Assembly: GCA_030390025.1 (NCBI GenBank)
Contig: CM059432.1
Coordinates: 4,278,001 to 4,342,000, forward strand
Direction of reading: 5' to 3'
DNA length: 64,000 bases
Origin: Squalus acanthias
Taxonomy: Eukaryota
Shown here: positions 1-11,244 of the stretch, piece after piece
How the letters are laid out: every line of letters starts with the position of its first letter
Position numbering within the stretch: the first letter of the stretch is position 1
Made by a program: the position numbers and the translations under genes
Notes under the pieces: generated by a model
Seen by the model: the letters and a program-made list of their open reading frames with translations, nothing else
Database searches by the model: none
What the model was told of the DNA's origin: nothing

Positions 1-1605
1 ACCCTCATCCTACTGCAAGCATATCAACTAACAACACACAAGGGTAGGCACTTGAGAGGTTTAGCCAATGTCCATGTGAAGTTTCTGGTAATGTGTTGTC
101 ATACAGTGAAATCTCTTTTTCCAAAAGTGCCCCTTATTGGACAGATCTGAGCGCACCTTGAGAAGTGTCTTACTGAGTTCCAGTGATTGTTCAGTCATAA
201 GAACATAAGAACATAAGAAATAGGAGCAGGAGTAGACCAATCGGCCCCTCGAGCCTGCTCCGCCATTCAATGAGATCATGGCTGATCTGATCCAACCTCA
301 ACTCTAAAGAACACAAGAAGTAGGAGCAGGACCAGGCCACTCGGCCCCTGGGCCCGCTCCGCCACCCACAGGGCCTTGACCGATCCGAACTCACTCATGT
401 CCAATTTCCAGCCCGCTCCCTGCAACCCCTAATTCCCTTTACTTCTAGGAAACGGTCTATTTCTGTTTTAAATTTATTTAATGAAGTAGCTTCCACAGCT
501 TCCTGGGGTAGCAAATTCCACAGACCCACTACCCTCTGAGTGAAAAACTTTCTCCTCATCTCAGCTTTGAAAGATCAGCCCCTTATTCTAAGATTATGTC
601 CCCTAGTTCTAGTTTCACCCATCATTGGGAACATCCTCACCGCGTCCACCCGATCAAGCCCCTTCACAATCTTATATGTTTCAATCAGATCGCCTCTCAT
701 TCTTCTGAACTCCAATGAGTAGAGTCCCAATCTACTCAACCTCCCCGCCCCCCCCCCCCCCCACCCCCGTTATAGTGGTGAGTGTGTATGGAATAGCTTG
801 GACATTAAAGGGATGCTTCACCGTGTTGGTGTGGGATGGTGTCAACCTGGCGCATCATGTGGCAGCCAGGGTTTACAGCATCAACTGAAGTAAATCTGGC
901 CATGGTGATGCCATTGCTGGCCTCCCGGGCTGCAATTTTATCAGGGACTGATGCCCTGTGTCCAGTGCAGCATCAGGTGATGGCGGAGAAGGTTGGTGAT
1001 GAGGTTGGCGATGTTGGTGTTGGGGCTGATCGTGGAAGGATTCGGAGGACCAAGGTCTGATTGTTTCATTGGCTCCGATGTTGCTGGAATAGATGGCAGC
1101 TGCAGGTGAGATGAAAGAAGTGATCTGTCACTGGTGAGAGAGGTTTTCCCAATGAGGTGGCACTGGACATACAGATGGATCTAAAAACTTGTAAGCTAAA
1201 GAAATCTCTATATGTATTAAAAATGCAGTAACCAACATTTTCTGTGCTCTGAAACTCACCATCTCCAACATGGCATCCTTGACACCACTTCTGCAGCTGT
1301 CAGCTTTTCACAAACATCAGAGCAGACTCAAAACACGCCAGCTTGAGCTGGCGTGTTCCCCGAACAGCAGGTAACCCGTGGGGGAGAAGGTAAAATTAGA
1401 AGTAAGCCTTAACAAGCCATTTAAGTAGCTGAATTGTCTCCCCTGCGCTTGGTGTCAGGTCAGATCTGTGCTGACAGACCCGACACCCGGGAGACTCGCG
1501 TGGAGGCGGGTTGACCTTGGGTTTCCTACCCGCTGTCAATCTTTGCTATTTTGACAGCGGACCCGCCTCCAAACCTGCCCCCTCAGTGCTATTAAATTTG
1601 CGGCC
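1..1605. mobile_element. Decayed Harbinger-type element (family C), cut by window start and interrupted by a CR1
   Basis: 1-190 and 780-1160 align by eye with 61597-62200; right end AAATTTGCGGCC (1594-1605) is the reverse complement of the terminus GGCCGCAATTT at 60191. Confidence 0.65.
197..745 (-). mobile_element. CR1 LINE 3' fragment with duplicated 3' tail
   Basis: Reverse strand encodes the CR1 ORF2 C-terminus; (CATAAGAA)n tail at ~197-220; second tail-like copy at ~306-395. Confidence 0.9.
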
Positions 1606-1675
1606 GTTAACTCTGTTGCTCTCTCCACAGATGCTGCCTGACCTGCTGAGTGTTTCCAGCATTTTCTGTTTCTAT
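1606..1675 (+). mobile_element. Penelope-like 3' end fragment
   Basis: GTTAACTCTGTT..CTCTCCACAGATGCTGCCTGACCTGCTGAG matches the end of the GIY-YIG-bearing element at 10958-11030. Confidence 0.7.
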
Positions 1676-1842
1676 AATGTTTTACATATCCTTGACTTTA
1701 TGACACTTGAAAACATTAATTAAAAAAAAACATATCTTATTATTACACCTTGCCATGGCACTTAGCAGGGTCTAGGGGGACCGTTTGTTGTAGTGATATT
1801 GCTCTCCAATAACAGTTTTGTTAGAATGTAAATTGCCTGCAG

Positions 1843-2232
1843 TAAGAACATAAGAATTAGGAGCAGGGGTAGGCCATTCGGCCCCTCGAGCCTGCTCCAC
1901 CATTCAATAAGATCATGGCCAGATCCGATTTTGGCCTCAGCTCCCCATAGCCCTTGATTCCCCTGTTTTTCAAATGTCTGTCTATCTCCGCCTTGAATAT
2001 ATTCACTGACTCAGCCTCCACAGCTCTCTGGGGTAGAGAATTCCAAAGATTCACGACCCTCTGAGAGAAGAAATTCCTCCTCATCTCCGTCTTAAATGGA
2101 TGCCCCCTTATTCTGAAACTGTGCCCCCTAGTTCTAGATTCCCCCACGAGGGGGAAACATCCTCTCAGCATCCACCCTGTCAAGCCCCTTCAGAATCTTA
2201 TGTTTTAATAAGATCACCTCTCATTCTTCTAA
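1843..2232 (-). mobile_element. CR1 LINE 3' fragment
   Basis: ORF 1857-2183 (ESRTRGHSFRIRG..RNFFSQRVVNLWNSLP) plus tail. Confidence 0.9.
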
Positions 2233-2371
2233 ATGAATCGTGCGAAAGATGCCCATCTTTAAATGATGTCATGTTGAAACCGACAACGAATGCACCTAGA
2301 CATAATAAAGAACTTGCATTTCTATAGCGACTTTCACGACCTCAGAACATCCCAAAGCGCTTTACAGCCAA

Positions 2372-2625
2372 TCACAGAATCACAGAATGGTTACAGCACA
2401 GAAGGAGGCCATTCGGCCCGTCGAGCCCGTGCCGGCTCTCTGCAAGAGCACTTCAGCCAGTCCCACTCCCCTGCCCTTTCCCCGTAGCCCTGCAAATGTT
2501 TTCTTTCAGGTACTTATCCAACTCCCTTTTGAAAGCCACGATTGAATCTGCCTCCCCCGCCCTTTCAGGCAGTGCATTCCAGATCCTAACCACTCGCTGC
2601 CTAAAAAAGTTTTTCCTCATGTCGC
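2372..2625 (-). mobile_element. CR1 LINE 3' fragment (different subfamily)
   Basis: RVVRIWNALPE..FKRELDKYLK on reverse strand; (ATCACAGA)n tail. Confidence 0.85.
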
Positions 2626-2719
2626 CTTTGAACTTTTGACGTGTTGTACTGTAGGAAACGCGGCAGCCAATTTGCGCACAGCAAGCTCCCACAGAAAGCA
2701 ATGATTTGGATGAGAGGCC

Positions 2720-3772
2720 CAAATGTAATTTTTCCAAGTTTGCTGATGATACAAAGCTGGGTTGGAATGTAATTTGTGAGGAGGATGCAAGGAGGCTTCA
2801 AGGGGATATAGACAGGCTAAGTGAGTAGGCAAGAACATGGCAAATGGAATATAATGTGGAGAAATGTGAAGTTATCCACTTTGGTAGGAAAAATAGAAAA
2901 GCAGAGTATTTTTTAAATGGTGAGATTGGGAAATGTTGGTGTTCAGAGGGACCTGGGTGTCCTTGTACACGAATCACTGAAAATTAACATACAGGTACAG
3001 CAAGCAATTAGGAAAGCAAATGGTATGTTGGCCTTTATTACAAGAGGATTTGAGTATAAGAGTAAAGACGTCTTACTGCAATTATATAGGGCCCTAGTGA
3101 GACCACACCTGGAGTATTGTGTACAGTTTTGGTCTCCTTACCTATGGAAGGATACTGAGTTTGGATGATCAGCCATGATCTCATCGAATGGCGGAGCAGG
3201 CTCAAGGGGCCGAATGGCCTACTCCTGATCCTATCTTCTATGTTTCTATACTTGCCATAGATGGAGTGCAACGAAGGTTCACCAGACTGGTTCCTGGGAT
3301 GGGGGGATTGTCCTATGAGGAGAGATTGAGTAGACTAGGCCTATATTCTCTAGAATTTAGAAGAATGAGAGGTGACCTCATTGAAACATACAAAATTCTT
3401 ACAGGGCTTGACAGGGTAGATGCAGGGAGGATGTTTCCCCTGGCTGGGGAGTCTAGAACCAGGGGTCACAGTCTCAGGATAAGGGGGTTGGCAATTTAGG
3501 ACTGAGATTAGGAGAAATCTCTTCACTCAGAGGGTGGTGAATCTTTGGAATTCTCTACCCCAAAGGGCTGTGGAGGCTCAGTCGTTGAGTATATTCAAGA
3601 CAGTGATCGATAGATTTTTGATTATTAAGGGAATCAAGTGATATGGGGATAGTGCAGGAAAGTGGAGTTGAGGTCGAAGATCAGCCATGATCTTATTGAA
3701 TGGCGGAGCAGGCTCGAAGGGCCAAATGGCCGACTCCTGCTCCTATTTCTTATGTTCTTATGTTCCTATGTT
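2720..3772 (+). mobile_element. CR1 LINE ORF2 3' part, with a second CR1 tail inserted at ~3150-3247
   Basis: KFADDTKL at ~2737; ORFs 2917-3168 and 3188-3499; (TTCTTATG)n tail. Confidence 0.92.
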
Positions 3773-4538
3773 AATGACCAGATTATCTTTTCTGGTGATG
3801 TTGGTTGAGTGATAAATATTGGCCAGGAACACTGGGGAGAACTCCCCTGCTCTTCTTTGAATAGTGCCGTGGGATCTTTTATGAGGCCTAACCAGTGATT
3901 TATAAAGCTTTAGCTTAACTTCTTTGCTTTTGTGCTCTATGCCTCTACTTATAAATTGACATGTTGTTGGCGGAGTGGAAGTAGGAGGATAGGCAGAGAA
4001 CCTAGGAGGCAGGGGTCATAGGTCAGCACTCACAAGAGATCCAAGGGAAGACTCTGAACTAACAGCCATTCTTGCCTAACAAAAGGAAGACCGGCCAATT
4101 GAAAATCTAGTGTGGACCCTTGTTCACCCAATTGGCCGCCTGAATCAACTTTCAAGGCTGGCCTTTCTATGTTCGGTCCTGGCGAGTGCAGTCGATATCA
4201 TGAGGCCTTTGAGGTTCCTGACCAGAAAGTCTTCCCGCCCCCAGAGCATCTTTCAGATGCCAAGCCACCAGGGTCTACAGGCCCAGAAGATCATACAGAA
4301 AATAACTCCCTGGAGTTCTGCACAAGGAGGCTGTTGCTCAGCCCCAAAGCTCTTGAAGAGTTCGGTACCATCCTACAGGGAGATCTGCAAACTGCCTCAG
4401 CAATCAGGGCAGCTGTTTCTGTGGCTCAGGAAGTCAGTCCAGTGCTTGGCCACTGGGAAACGCAGCAGCCAATTTGCGCACAGCAAGCTCCCACAAACAG
4501 CAATGTCATAATGACCAGATAACAAATTATTAGTGTCC

Positions 4539-4985
4539 GTGTCAGCTGTGGCTCAGTGGGTAGCACTCTCACCTCTAGGTCCGAATGGTCGTGGGTTCAA
4601 GTCCCACTCCAGAGACTTGAGTACAAAAATCTAGGCTGACACTCCCAGTGCAGTGCTGAGGGAGTGCTGCACTGTCAGCGGTGCTGCCTTTCAGATGAGA
4701 TGTTAAACCGAGGCTCCGTCTGCTCTCCCAGGTGGACATAAAAGATTCCATGACGCTATTTCGAAAGTAGAGCAGGGGAGTTATCCCCAGTGTCCTGGCC
4801 AATATCTATCCCTCAATGAATATCACTAAAACAGATTATCTGGCTATTATCACATTGCTGTTTGTGGGAGCTTGCTGTGCACAAACTGGCTGTTGCATTT
4901 CCTACATTACAGCATTGGCTGTAAAATGCTTTGGGACGTCTGGTGGTTGTGAAATGTGCTATAGAAATGCAAGTCTTTCTTTCTT
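4539..4985 (+). mobile_element. tRNA-derived Deu-domain SINE (SacSINE1/AmnSINE1-like), near full length
   Basis: A box TGGCTCAGTGG, B box GGTTCAAGTCC, Deu-type body, tail GCTATAGAAATGCAAGTCTTTC. Confidence 0.85.
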
Positions 4986-5265
4986 TTAGTGATGTTGATT
5001 GAAGGATAAATTTTGGCCAGGACACCAGGGATAACTCCCATGCTCTTCAAAATAGTGCTGTGGTAACTTTTATGTCCGCCTGAGAGGGCAGGCAGCGGCC
5101 TTGGTTTAACGTTTCATCCGAAAGACGGCACCTCTGAGAGTGCAGCACTCCAGTGGCGTGCCAGCCTAGAGTTTTGTGCCCAAGTCTCTCTGGAGTGGGA
5201 CTCTGAACCCACAACCTTCTGACTCCGAGATGAGAGAGAGTGCGACCCACTGAGCCACGACTGAC
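4986..5265 (-). mobile_element. Deu-domain SINE, 5' two-thirds, inverted next to previous copy
   Basis: Reverse complement of SINE head and body. Confidence 0.85.
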
Positions 5266-5569
5266 AGAACTAAAAGATGTGAGAAATAAACAGCTTTTAA
5301 GCAATTACACATCAATGAAGGTGAACAGGGTGAAAGAGACAAACGGACATCCCGTCGGAGAGAAGAGCAGAACTTCTTCAAGGTGGGCATTGCTGGAAGA
5401 GAAGTGGCAGCGAATTAAACACTGACACAAAAGCAAAATACCGCGGCGGCCAGAAATCTGAAAAAGGAACAGGAGACTCTGGCAACGCACAGCGGGCCAG
5501 GCAGCCTAGTGTTGCCTCTTTCATGCTTCAACGCTGAGTGGGCTTGAGGTGTTAATAGGTAATTATAAC

Positions 5570-5940
5570 TGGTTGGAAAAGAGCTGCTCTCTGATTGGCT
5601 GTTCAGCCTGAGAGGGAGTTTTGCCTTGAGGTGCTGTTGGACAGAAATTTAAAATTAATACCGGTGTGAAGTGAGCAAGAGAAGTTTGATTCTGGTGAGA
5701 GTTCGGTGGTCGTGGGAATTCAAGCTAACAATAGCACTGCTGTTTGAAGTTGGACACCGAGGGTTGACAGGGCAAGGAACTCTCATGATAATGCGTGGAG
5801 GTGATATGTGGGCCATCGTAGATCCTTCGGTCTATCTAAAGGGCAGCTTGTTAGCGTTAAGTGTTGTGAAATTGAATCTCTAGAGCAGAGGATCTCTGCC
5901 CTAGCAACAATAGGCGGCACTCCATCAAAGAGGAGGAGGA
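5570..5940 (+). mobile_element. Probable decayed CR1 5' UTR/ORF1 start
   Basis: MW..D and KCCEIESLEQRISAL resemble the zinc-finger/coiled-coil start of CR1 ORF1 seen at 15163. Confidence 0.4.
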
Positions 5941-6224
5941 ATTTCAGTATTGTGCTCTCTAGAATCTGGTTGCCCATGAAACAGTGCTGGGCTGGATAGT
6001 GATATACGGTCCCCACCACTTAAAAAGCCGCAGCAGATTTCTTTGTGGTTACCGTTGAACAAAGGGCTGTTAGTCCAGCGACAATAAACCTGCTTATGAT
6101 TCACGCACAAGTCGCTCTTATAATAACAAGCTGGCTGATTTGGTCTTCCATTTATATTAAATGACTTGCAAATAATGCAGAAAACGCTGGATCATCTCTT
6201 AATGTCTCTCAATGTCTCTTAATC

Positions 6225-6436
6225 TCTCCTTTTGTTCTTTCATCCCCTCCCCCTTTTCCCAGCTTTATCCTTGCTTTAAATCTATTTCATTTCCTGCTTT
6301 TTTCCAGTTCTGACGAAAGGTCTTCGACCTGAAACGTTAACTCTGTTTCTCTCTCCACGGATGCTGCCTGGCCTGCTGAGTTTTTCCAGCGTTTTCTGTT
6401 GTTATTTTGGATTTCCAGCATCCGCAGTATTTTGCT
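6225..6436 (+). mobile_element. Penelope-like 3' end (pLTR) fragment
   Basis: Matches 10851-11064 and 20360-20545. Confidence 0.8.
6306..6342 (+). ncRNA. Minimal type I hammerhead ribozyme-like motif
   Basis: AGTT-CTGACGA-A-AGGTC(TTC)GACCT-GAAAC-GTT-AACT: both conserved core boxes, helix II, short helix I, palindromic AACGTT at helix III. Confidence 0.6.
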
Positions 6437-6609
6437 ATCGTGCAAATAATGCAACCTGGTTCCCAGACTCCGACCACCACCGAGAGCGCTCTCCGACCCA
6501 AGAGAACAACACAAGTCCTGGAGTGACCAGCTCCCGCCCTCCAGGCCCTCCAGCGTGACTGTATGCCCCTTGTTGTTTCTTAGCTCCACCCAAACTGATT
6601 CCACATTTT

Positions 6610-7282
6610 GGGCTGGATTTTGATACTGGGACGGGTTGGGGTCGTGTCATCCACTTTTCGTGTTATCTACCTGACTGCAATTGGATGTGGGAGATTGATG
6701 TGATTTTCACCTAATTGGGCAATTGAGTTCCAGCATGTGGGAACCCATGACCCAATTAGTGTTTTCAGTCTGAAAGTCGCCTCTGATGATGTCATCATTG
6801 CTGCTGCATTGAAGGTCTGCAAAGACTGCCTGGCCTTTGCTGTGAGAGGACCTGCAAAATGAGCAGCAGCAGTCCTAAGTCTGCTCCCAGATATTTTTAC
6901 ACCACCACTCCCAGATATGTCTCCTCTACATCCATCCATACACATAGCCATCCATATATGCATCCCCATAGCCAGCCAGCCAGCCAGCGTCAGCTATCCA
7001 AATGTGCTCCCGCCAGGTTTCACATTCGTGGTTCAGAACAGGCGTGCTTCACGTAGAAAAAGGGTTAAAATCACAAAGACCTTTCAAAATGGCATTATAG
7101 AGGCAATTTAGTGCTTGTTAAGGGCCTTAACAGCCTATCCCACCTCTTAGAGGCGGGACGGAGTCAGGACCAGCAGACACGATTTAATGTAAATTGGATG
7201 GAGGCGGACTTGTGCCCGCCCACCAGTTTTCGCAATTTTAACCCCCCACACACCTCCAAACGGGTCAATTAAAATCCAGCCC
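6610..7282. mobile_element. Non-autonomous Harbinger-type MITE (family D)
   Basis: Perfect 12-bp TIR GGGCTGGATTTT/AAAATCCAGCCC; 3-bp TSD TTT; same ends at 58517 and 63963. Confidence 0.8.
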
Positions 7283-7329
7283 TTTGTTTTTCCGCGCCAA
7301 GATCCTTTCTCTCTACTGTCTTTATTCCT

Positions 7330-7530
7330 TCCTTTATTATCAGGGCTATCCCTCCTCCTTTTCCATTCTGCCTGTCTTTTCTAAAAGTCAGATATCCTGA
7401 AATATTTAGTTCCCAACCTTGGTCACTCTGCAACCACGTCTCTGTAATGGCTGTTAAATCAAACCCATTTATTTCTATCTGCGCGATTAATTCATCTATT
7501 TTGTTGTGAATGCTTCGTGCATTCAGATAT
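7330..7530 (-). mobile_element. CR1 ORF2 endonuclease-region fragment
   Basis: Aligns with 13845-14020 (NARSI..ITETWLQ). Confidence 0.75.
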
Positions 7531-7542
7531 CATGTAACATTT

Positions 7543-8005
7543 AGGTTGTCCTATGAGGAGAGATTGAGTAGATTGGGCCTATACTCTCTGGAGTTTAGAA
7601 GAATGAGAAGTGATCTCATTGATACATATAAGATTCTGAGGGGGATTGACAGGGTAGATGCTGAGAGGTTGTTTCTCCTGGCTGGAGAGTCTAGAACTAG
7701 GGGGCATAGTCTCAGGATAAGGGGTCGGCCATTTAAGACTGAGATGAGGAGGAATTTCTTCACTCAGAGGGTTGTGAATCTTTTGGAATTCTCTACCCCA
7801 GAGGGCTATGAATGCTGAATCATTGAGTATATTCAAGGCTGAGATCGATAGATTTTTGGACTCTTAGGGAATCAAGGGATATGGGGAGTGGACGGGAAAG
7901 TGGAATTGAGGTCGAAGATCAGCCATGATCTTATTGAATGGCGGAGCAGGCTCGAGGGGCTGTCGGGCCTATTCCTGCTCCTAATTCTTATGTTCTTATG
8001 TTCTT
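7543..8005 (+). mobile_element. CR1 LINE 3' fragment
   Basis: [19 protein letters not shown]..; (TTCTTATG)n tail. Confidence 0.9.
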
Positions 8006-8074
8006 ATACTATAATACAACCTTGGCCTGTGCGTGCATAATATGTATAACTATATTATACAGGAGCTATAATGG

Positions 8075-8300
8075 AGATGTTGTTGTGATCAGGATTGCGC
8101 TGCCTGAAAGGGTGGTGGAGGCTGATTCAATAGTAACTTTCAAAAGGGGAATTGGATAAATACTTGAAGGGGAAAACTTTTACAGATCTATGGGGAAAGA
8201 GCAGGGGGGAGTGGGACTAATTGGAGAGTTCTATCAAAGAGCCGGCACAGGCACGATGGGCTGAATGTCCTCCTTCTGTGCTGTGTCGTTCTATGATTCT
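8075..8300 (+). mobile_element. CR1 LINE 3' fragment
   Basis: ALPERVVEADSIVTFK; tail TTCTATGATTCT. Confidence 0.85.
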
Positions 8301-8809
8301 GTGTGGGGGTCGATTTTGACCAGGGCAGAGGGCCAATCAAAATGGAATCGTTTACATGTGGTGTTGCAAGCGCGCGCTAGTTTCCCAGTTATAACATTTA
8401 AATGCAGTCTTGATGAAGCTATCTAGATGTTCACACAATTTTCCAAAAGTTGCGCAGAAATAGCATTAAGTTATGTCGCGCCAAGATGCTAGGTGATGTT
8501 CTGTGCGCAGAAATGTTTTTAAATAGACCTGTGAGAAGAACTGTTGCTATATTTTAACAGAGTGTCTATTGACAACACTGTGTCAGCCAATGAGTTGGAG
8601 GCAGGGCGGGACCCACAGCAGGACACACAGCACACAGTCTACTTTACGGCAAACTGAGTCTGCTTAAACAGCGCACTAAAGCAAACAGTCTACAGAGTCT
8701 ATTTAAAAAGAGTCTCTGTGAACGACAGCAAACAGCTCATGAACGAAACTACAGCAACGTCTCCCGATAAAAGCAGGGTGATTTCTCCAGTGAAATGCAG
8801 TGAGATGAG

Positions 8810-9270
8810 AAAAAAATTCTCCTCATCTCCCCTCTGGTTCTTTAGCCTTAAATCTGTGTCCTCTGGTTTCCGACCCTCCCGCCAGTGGAAACAGTGTCGC
8901 TTTATTTACTCTATCAAAACCCTTTCTTTTCTTTCTATTACTCTCGAACATATGAACGTACGAACAATGGCAGACAGGTAATGACCCTTTGGTCCATCGA
9001 GCCTGTCCCACACAATTGCGATACCTTGTGTATCACAACATATACACTACACCCCACCCAAAACCATGTGATCTCCTGGGAGAGGCAAAAAGAAACAAAT
9101 AAAAACCCAGGCCAATTTGGGGAAAAAAACCTGGGAAATTCCTCTCCGACCCATCTGGGCGATGGAAACTAGTCCAGGAGATCGCTCTGGCCCTGAATTC
9201 CCTGCAGTGCATACCTTCTGTAAGAGGTGATCTCCACCCCAGTCAGAAACAGGTCCAGCTCTCGCCTGAA
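8810..9270 (-). mobile_element. CR1 fragments (ORF2 relic 8810-8935; CR1-like 3' UTR/tail 8945-9270)
   Basis: LFPLAGGSETRGHRFK on reverse strand; GAACATAT-type tail with stem-loop. Confidence 0.55.
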
Positions 9271-9996
9271 GGAATTCTCCCTTTTCCTCTTTGTCACTCT
9301 CCTTTCCTCCGATATGATGTTCACGCTCCTCTGTTCCCTTCACGTCACTCAGCACTCAAGGACTAGCACGGTATAATCTGCTTCTCTGCTCGGCGGATTT
9401 CTGAACGAGAATGTGCATTCAGCAACTTGGCAAGACTGAAAAGATCAATCAAACCTGCATAGCATTTCTGGGTTAACAGACCAGGTGAAACAGCGATTTA
9501 CTTGTACTTCTTGCAATTTAGTATACTGTATTCGCTGCTCACGATGCGGTCTCCTCTACGTTGGGGAGACCAAACGCAGATTGGGTGACCGCTTTTGCGG
9601 AACACCTTCGTTCAGTCCGTAAGGGTGACCCCGAGCTTCCGGTCGCCTGTCACTTTAATTCTCCGCTCCACTCCCACTCTGATCTCTCGTCCTCGGCCTC
9701 TTACACTGTTCCAATGAAGCTCCAAGTAAGCTCGAGGAACAGCACCTCATCTTTCGATTAGGCACTTTACAACCTTCTGGAGTCAACATCGAGTTCAACA
9801 ATTTCAGACCATAACCTCTGCCCCTATTTTTTCACATGGCAGCTGTTGATTCTGTCATTCCAATTTACACCTCCTCCAGACCCATCTTTTGTTTCTTAAC
9901 TTGTCCCATTACCATCTCCTTTCGCCTCACACTATCATCCCTTTCATCATTTAATCTCTCCCGCCTTTCACCCCATCACAGACCTTCCTTTTTGTT

Positions 9997-10850
9997 TATA
10001 GAAACATAGAAAAATAGGAGTAGGAGTCGGCCTTTCGGCCCTTCGAGCCTGCTCTGCCATTCAATATGATCATGGCTGATCCTCTATCTCAATACCATAT
10101 TCCCGCTCTCTCACCATACCCCTTGACGCCTTTTGTGTCTATCTATCTATCTATCTCCTTCTTAAATATATTCAGTGACTTGGCCCCCACAGCCTTCTGT
10201 GGTAGAGAATCCCACAGGTTCACCACCCTCTGAGTGAAGAAATTTCTCCTCATCTCAGTCCTAAATGTCCTACCCCGTATCCTGAGACTGTGACCCCTCG
10301 TTCTAGACCCCCCAGCCAGGGGAAACATCCTCCCTGCATCCAGTCTGTCTAGCACTGTCAGAATTTTATACGTTTCAATGAGATCCCCTCTCATTCTTCT
10401 GAACTCTAGTGAATACAGGCCTAGTCGACCCAATCTCTCCTCATACGACAGTCCTGCCATCCCAGGAATCAGTCTGGTGAACCTTCGCTGCACTCCCTCT
10501 ATGGCAAGTATATCCTTTCTTAGGTAAGGAGACCAAAACTGCACACGGTACTCCAGGTGTGGTCTCACCAAGGCCCTGTACAACTGTAGTAAGACATCCT
10601 TGCTCCTGTACTCAAATCCTCTTGCAATGAAGGCCAGCATACCATTTGCCTTCCTAGCAGCTTGCTGCATCTGCATGTTTGCTTTCAGTGACTGGTGTAC
10701 AAGGACACCCAGGTCCCTTTGTACATCAACATTTCCCAATCTATCACCATTTAAATAATACTCTGCCTTTCTGTTTTTCCTACCGAAGTGGATAACTTCA
10801 CATTTATCCACGTTATACTGCATCTGCCATGAATTTGCCCACTCACTCAA
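9997..10850 (-). mobile_element. CR1 LINE 3' fragment inserted in Penelope element
   Basis: ORF 10143-10913; (ATAGAAAC)n tail; TTTGTT on both flanks. Confidence 0.92.
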
Positions 10851-10927
10851 CTTTGTTCTTTCCTCTCCCTCCCCCCTTTCCCTGCCTCTGCACTTGCTGA
10901 AAATCTGTTTCATCTATAACTTTTTCC

Positions 10928-10964
10928 AGTTCTGACGAAAGGTCATCGCCCTGAAATGTTAACG
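10928..10964 (+). ncRNA. Degenerate hammerhead-like motif in Penelope pLTR
   Basis: CTGACGA at 10932, GAAA at ~10953; one mismatch in helix II. Confidence 0.45.
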
Positions 10965-11244
10965 CTGTTTCTTTCTCTCTACAGAGGCTGCCTGACCTGC
11001 CGAGTGTCTCCACCATTTTCTGCTTTTAGTTCAGATTTCCAGCATCCGCAGTATTTTGCTTTTGTAACATTTCTGGGGCTTGACCTAGATGTTCACTATA
11101 ATCAGGGGGATCCCCTGTGGCGGCAGGAATTGCAGGTAACCATGACCTGGTACATAGAAACATAGAAGATAGGAGCAGGAGTAGGCCATTCGGCCCCTTG
11201 AGCCTGCTCCGCCATTCAATGCGATCATGGCTGATCATCCAAAT

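Larger units (their letters stand above)
9482..11064 (+). mobile_element. Penelope-like retroelement 3' part (GIY-YIG endonuclease relic + pLTR), split by a CR1 insertion
   Basis: Frame from 9482 reads QVKQRFTCTSCNLVYCIRCSRCGLLYVGETKRRLGDRF/AEHLRSVR..VACHFN, later KLEEQHLIFRLGTLQPSGVNIEFNNFRP*; resumes at 10851. Confidence 0.88.

Noticed and set aside
4110..4522. Two overlapping ~135-aa ORFs
   Set aside because: No recognisable domain, ends run into SINE sequence; origin of 4080-4455 unresolved
4539..4615. tRNA genes at SINE heads
   Set aside because: A/B boxes run directly into SINE bodies; no complete cloverleaf seen
5294..5382. Possible exon ending AAG|GTGGGC
   Set aside because: No polypyrimidine tract and no recognisable peptide
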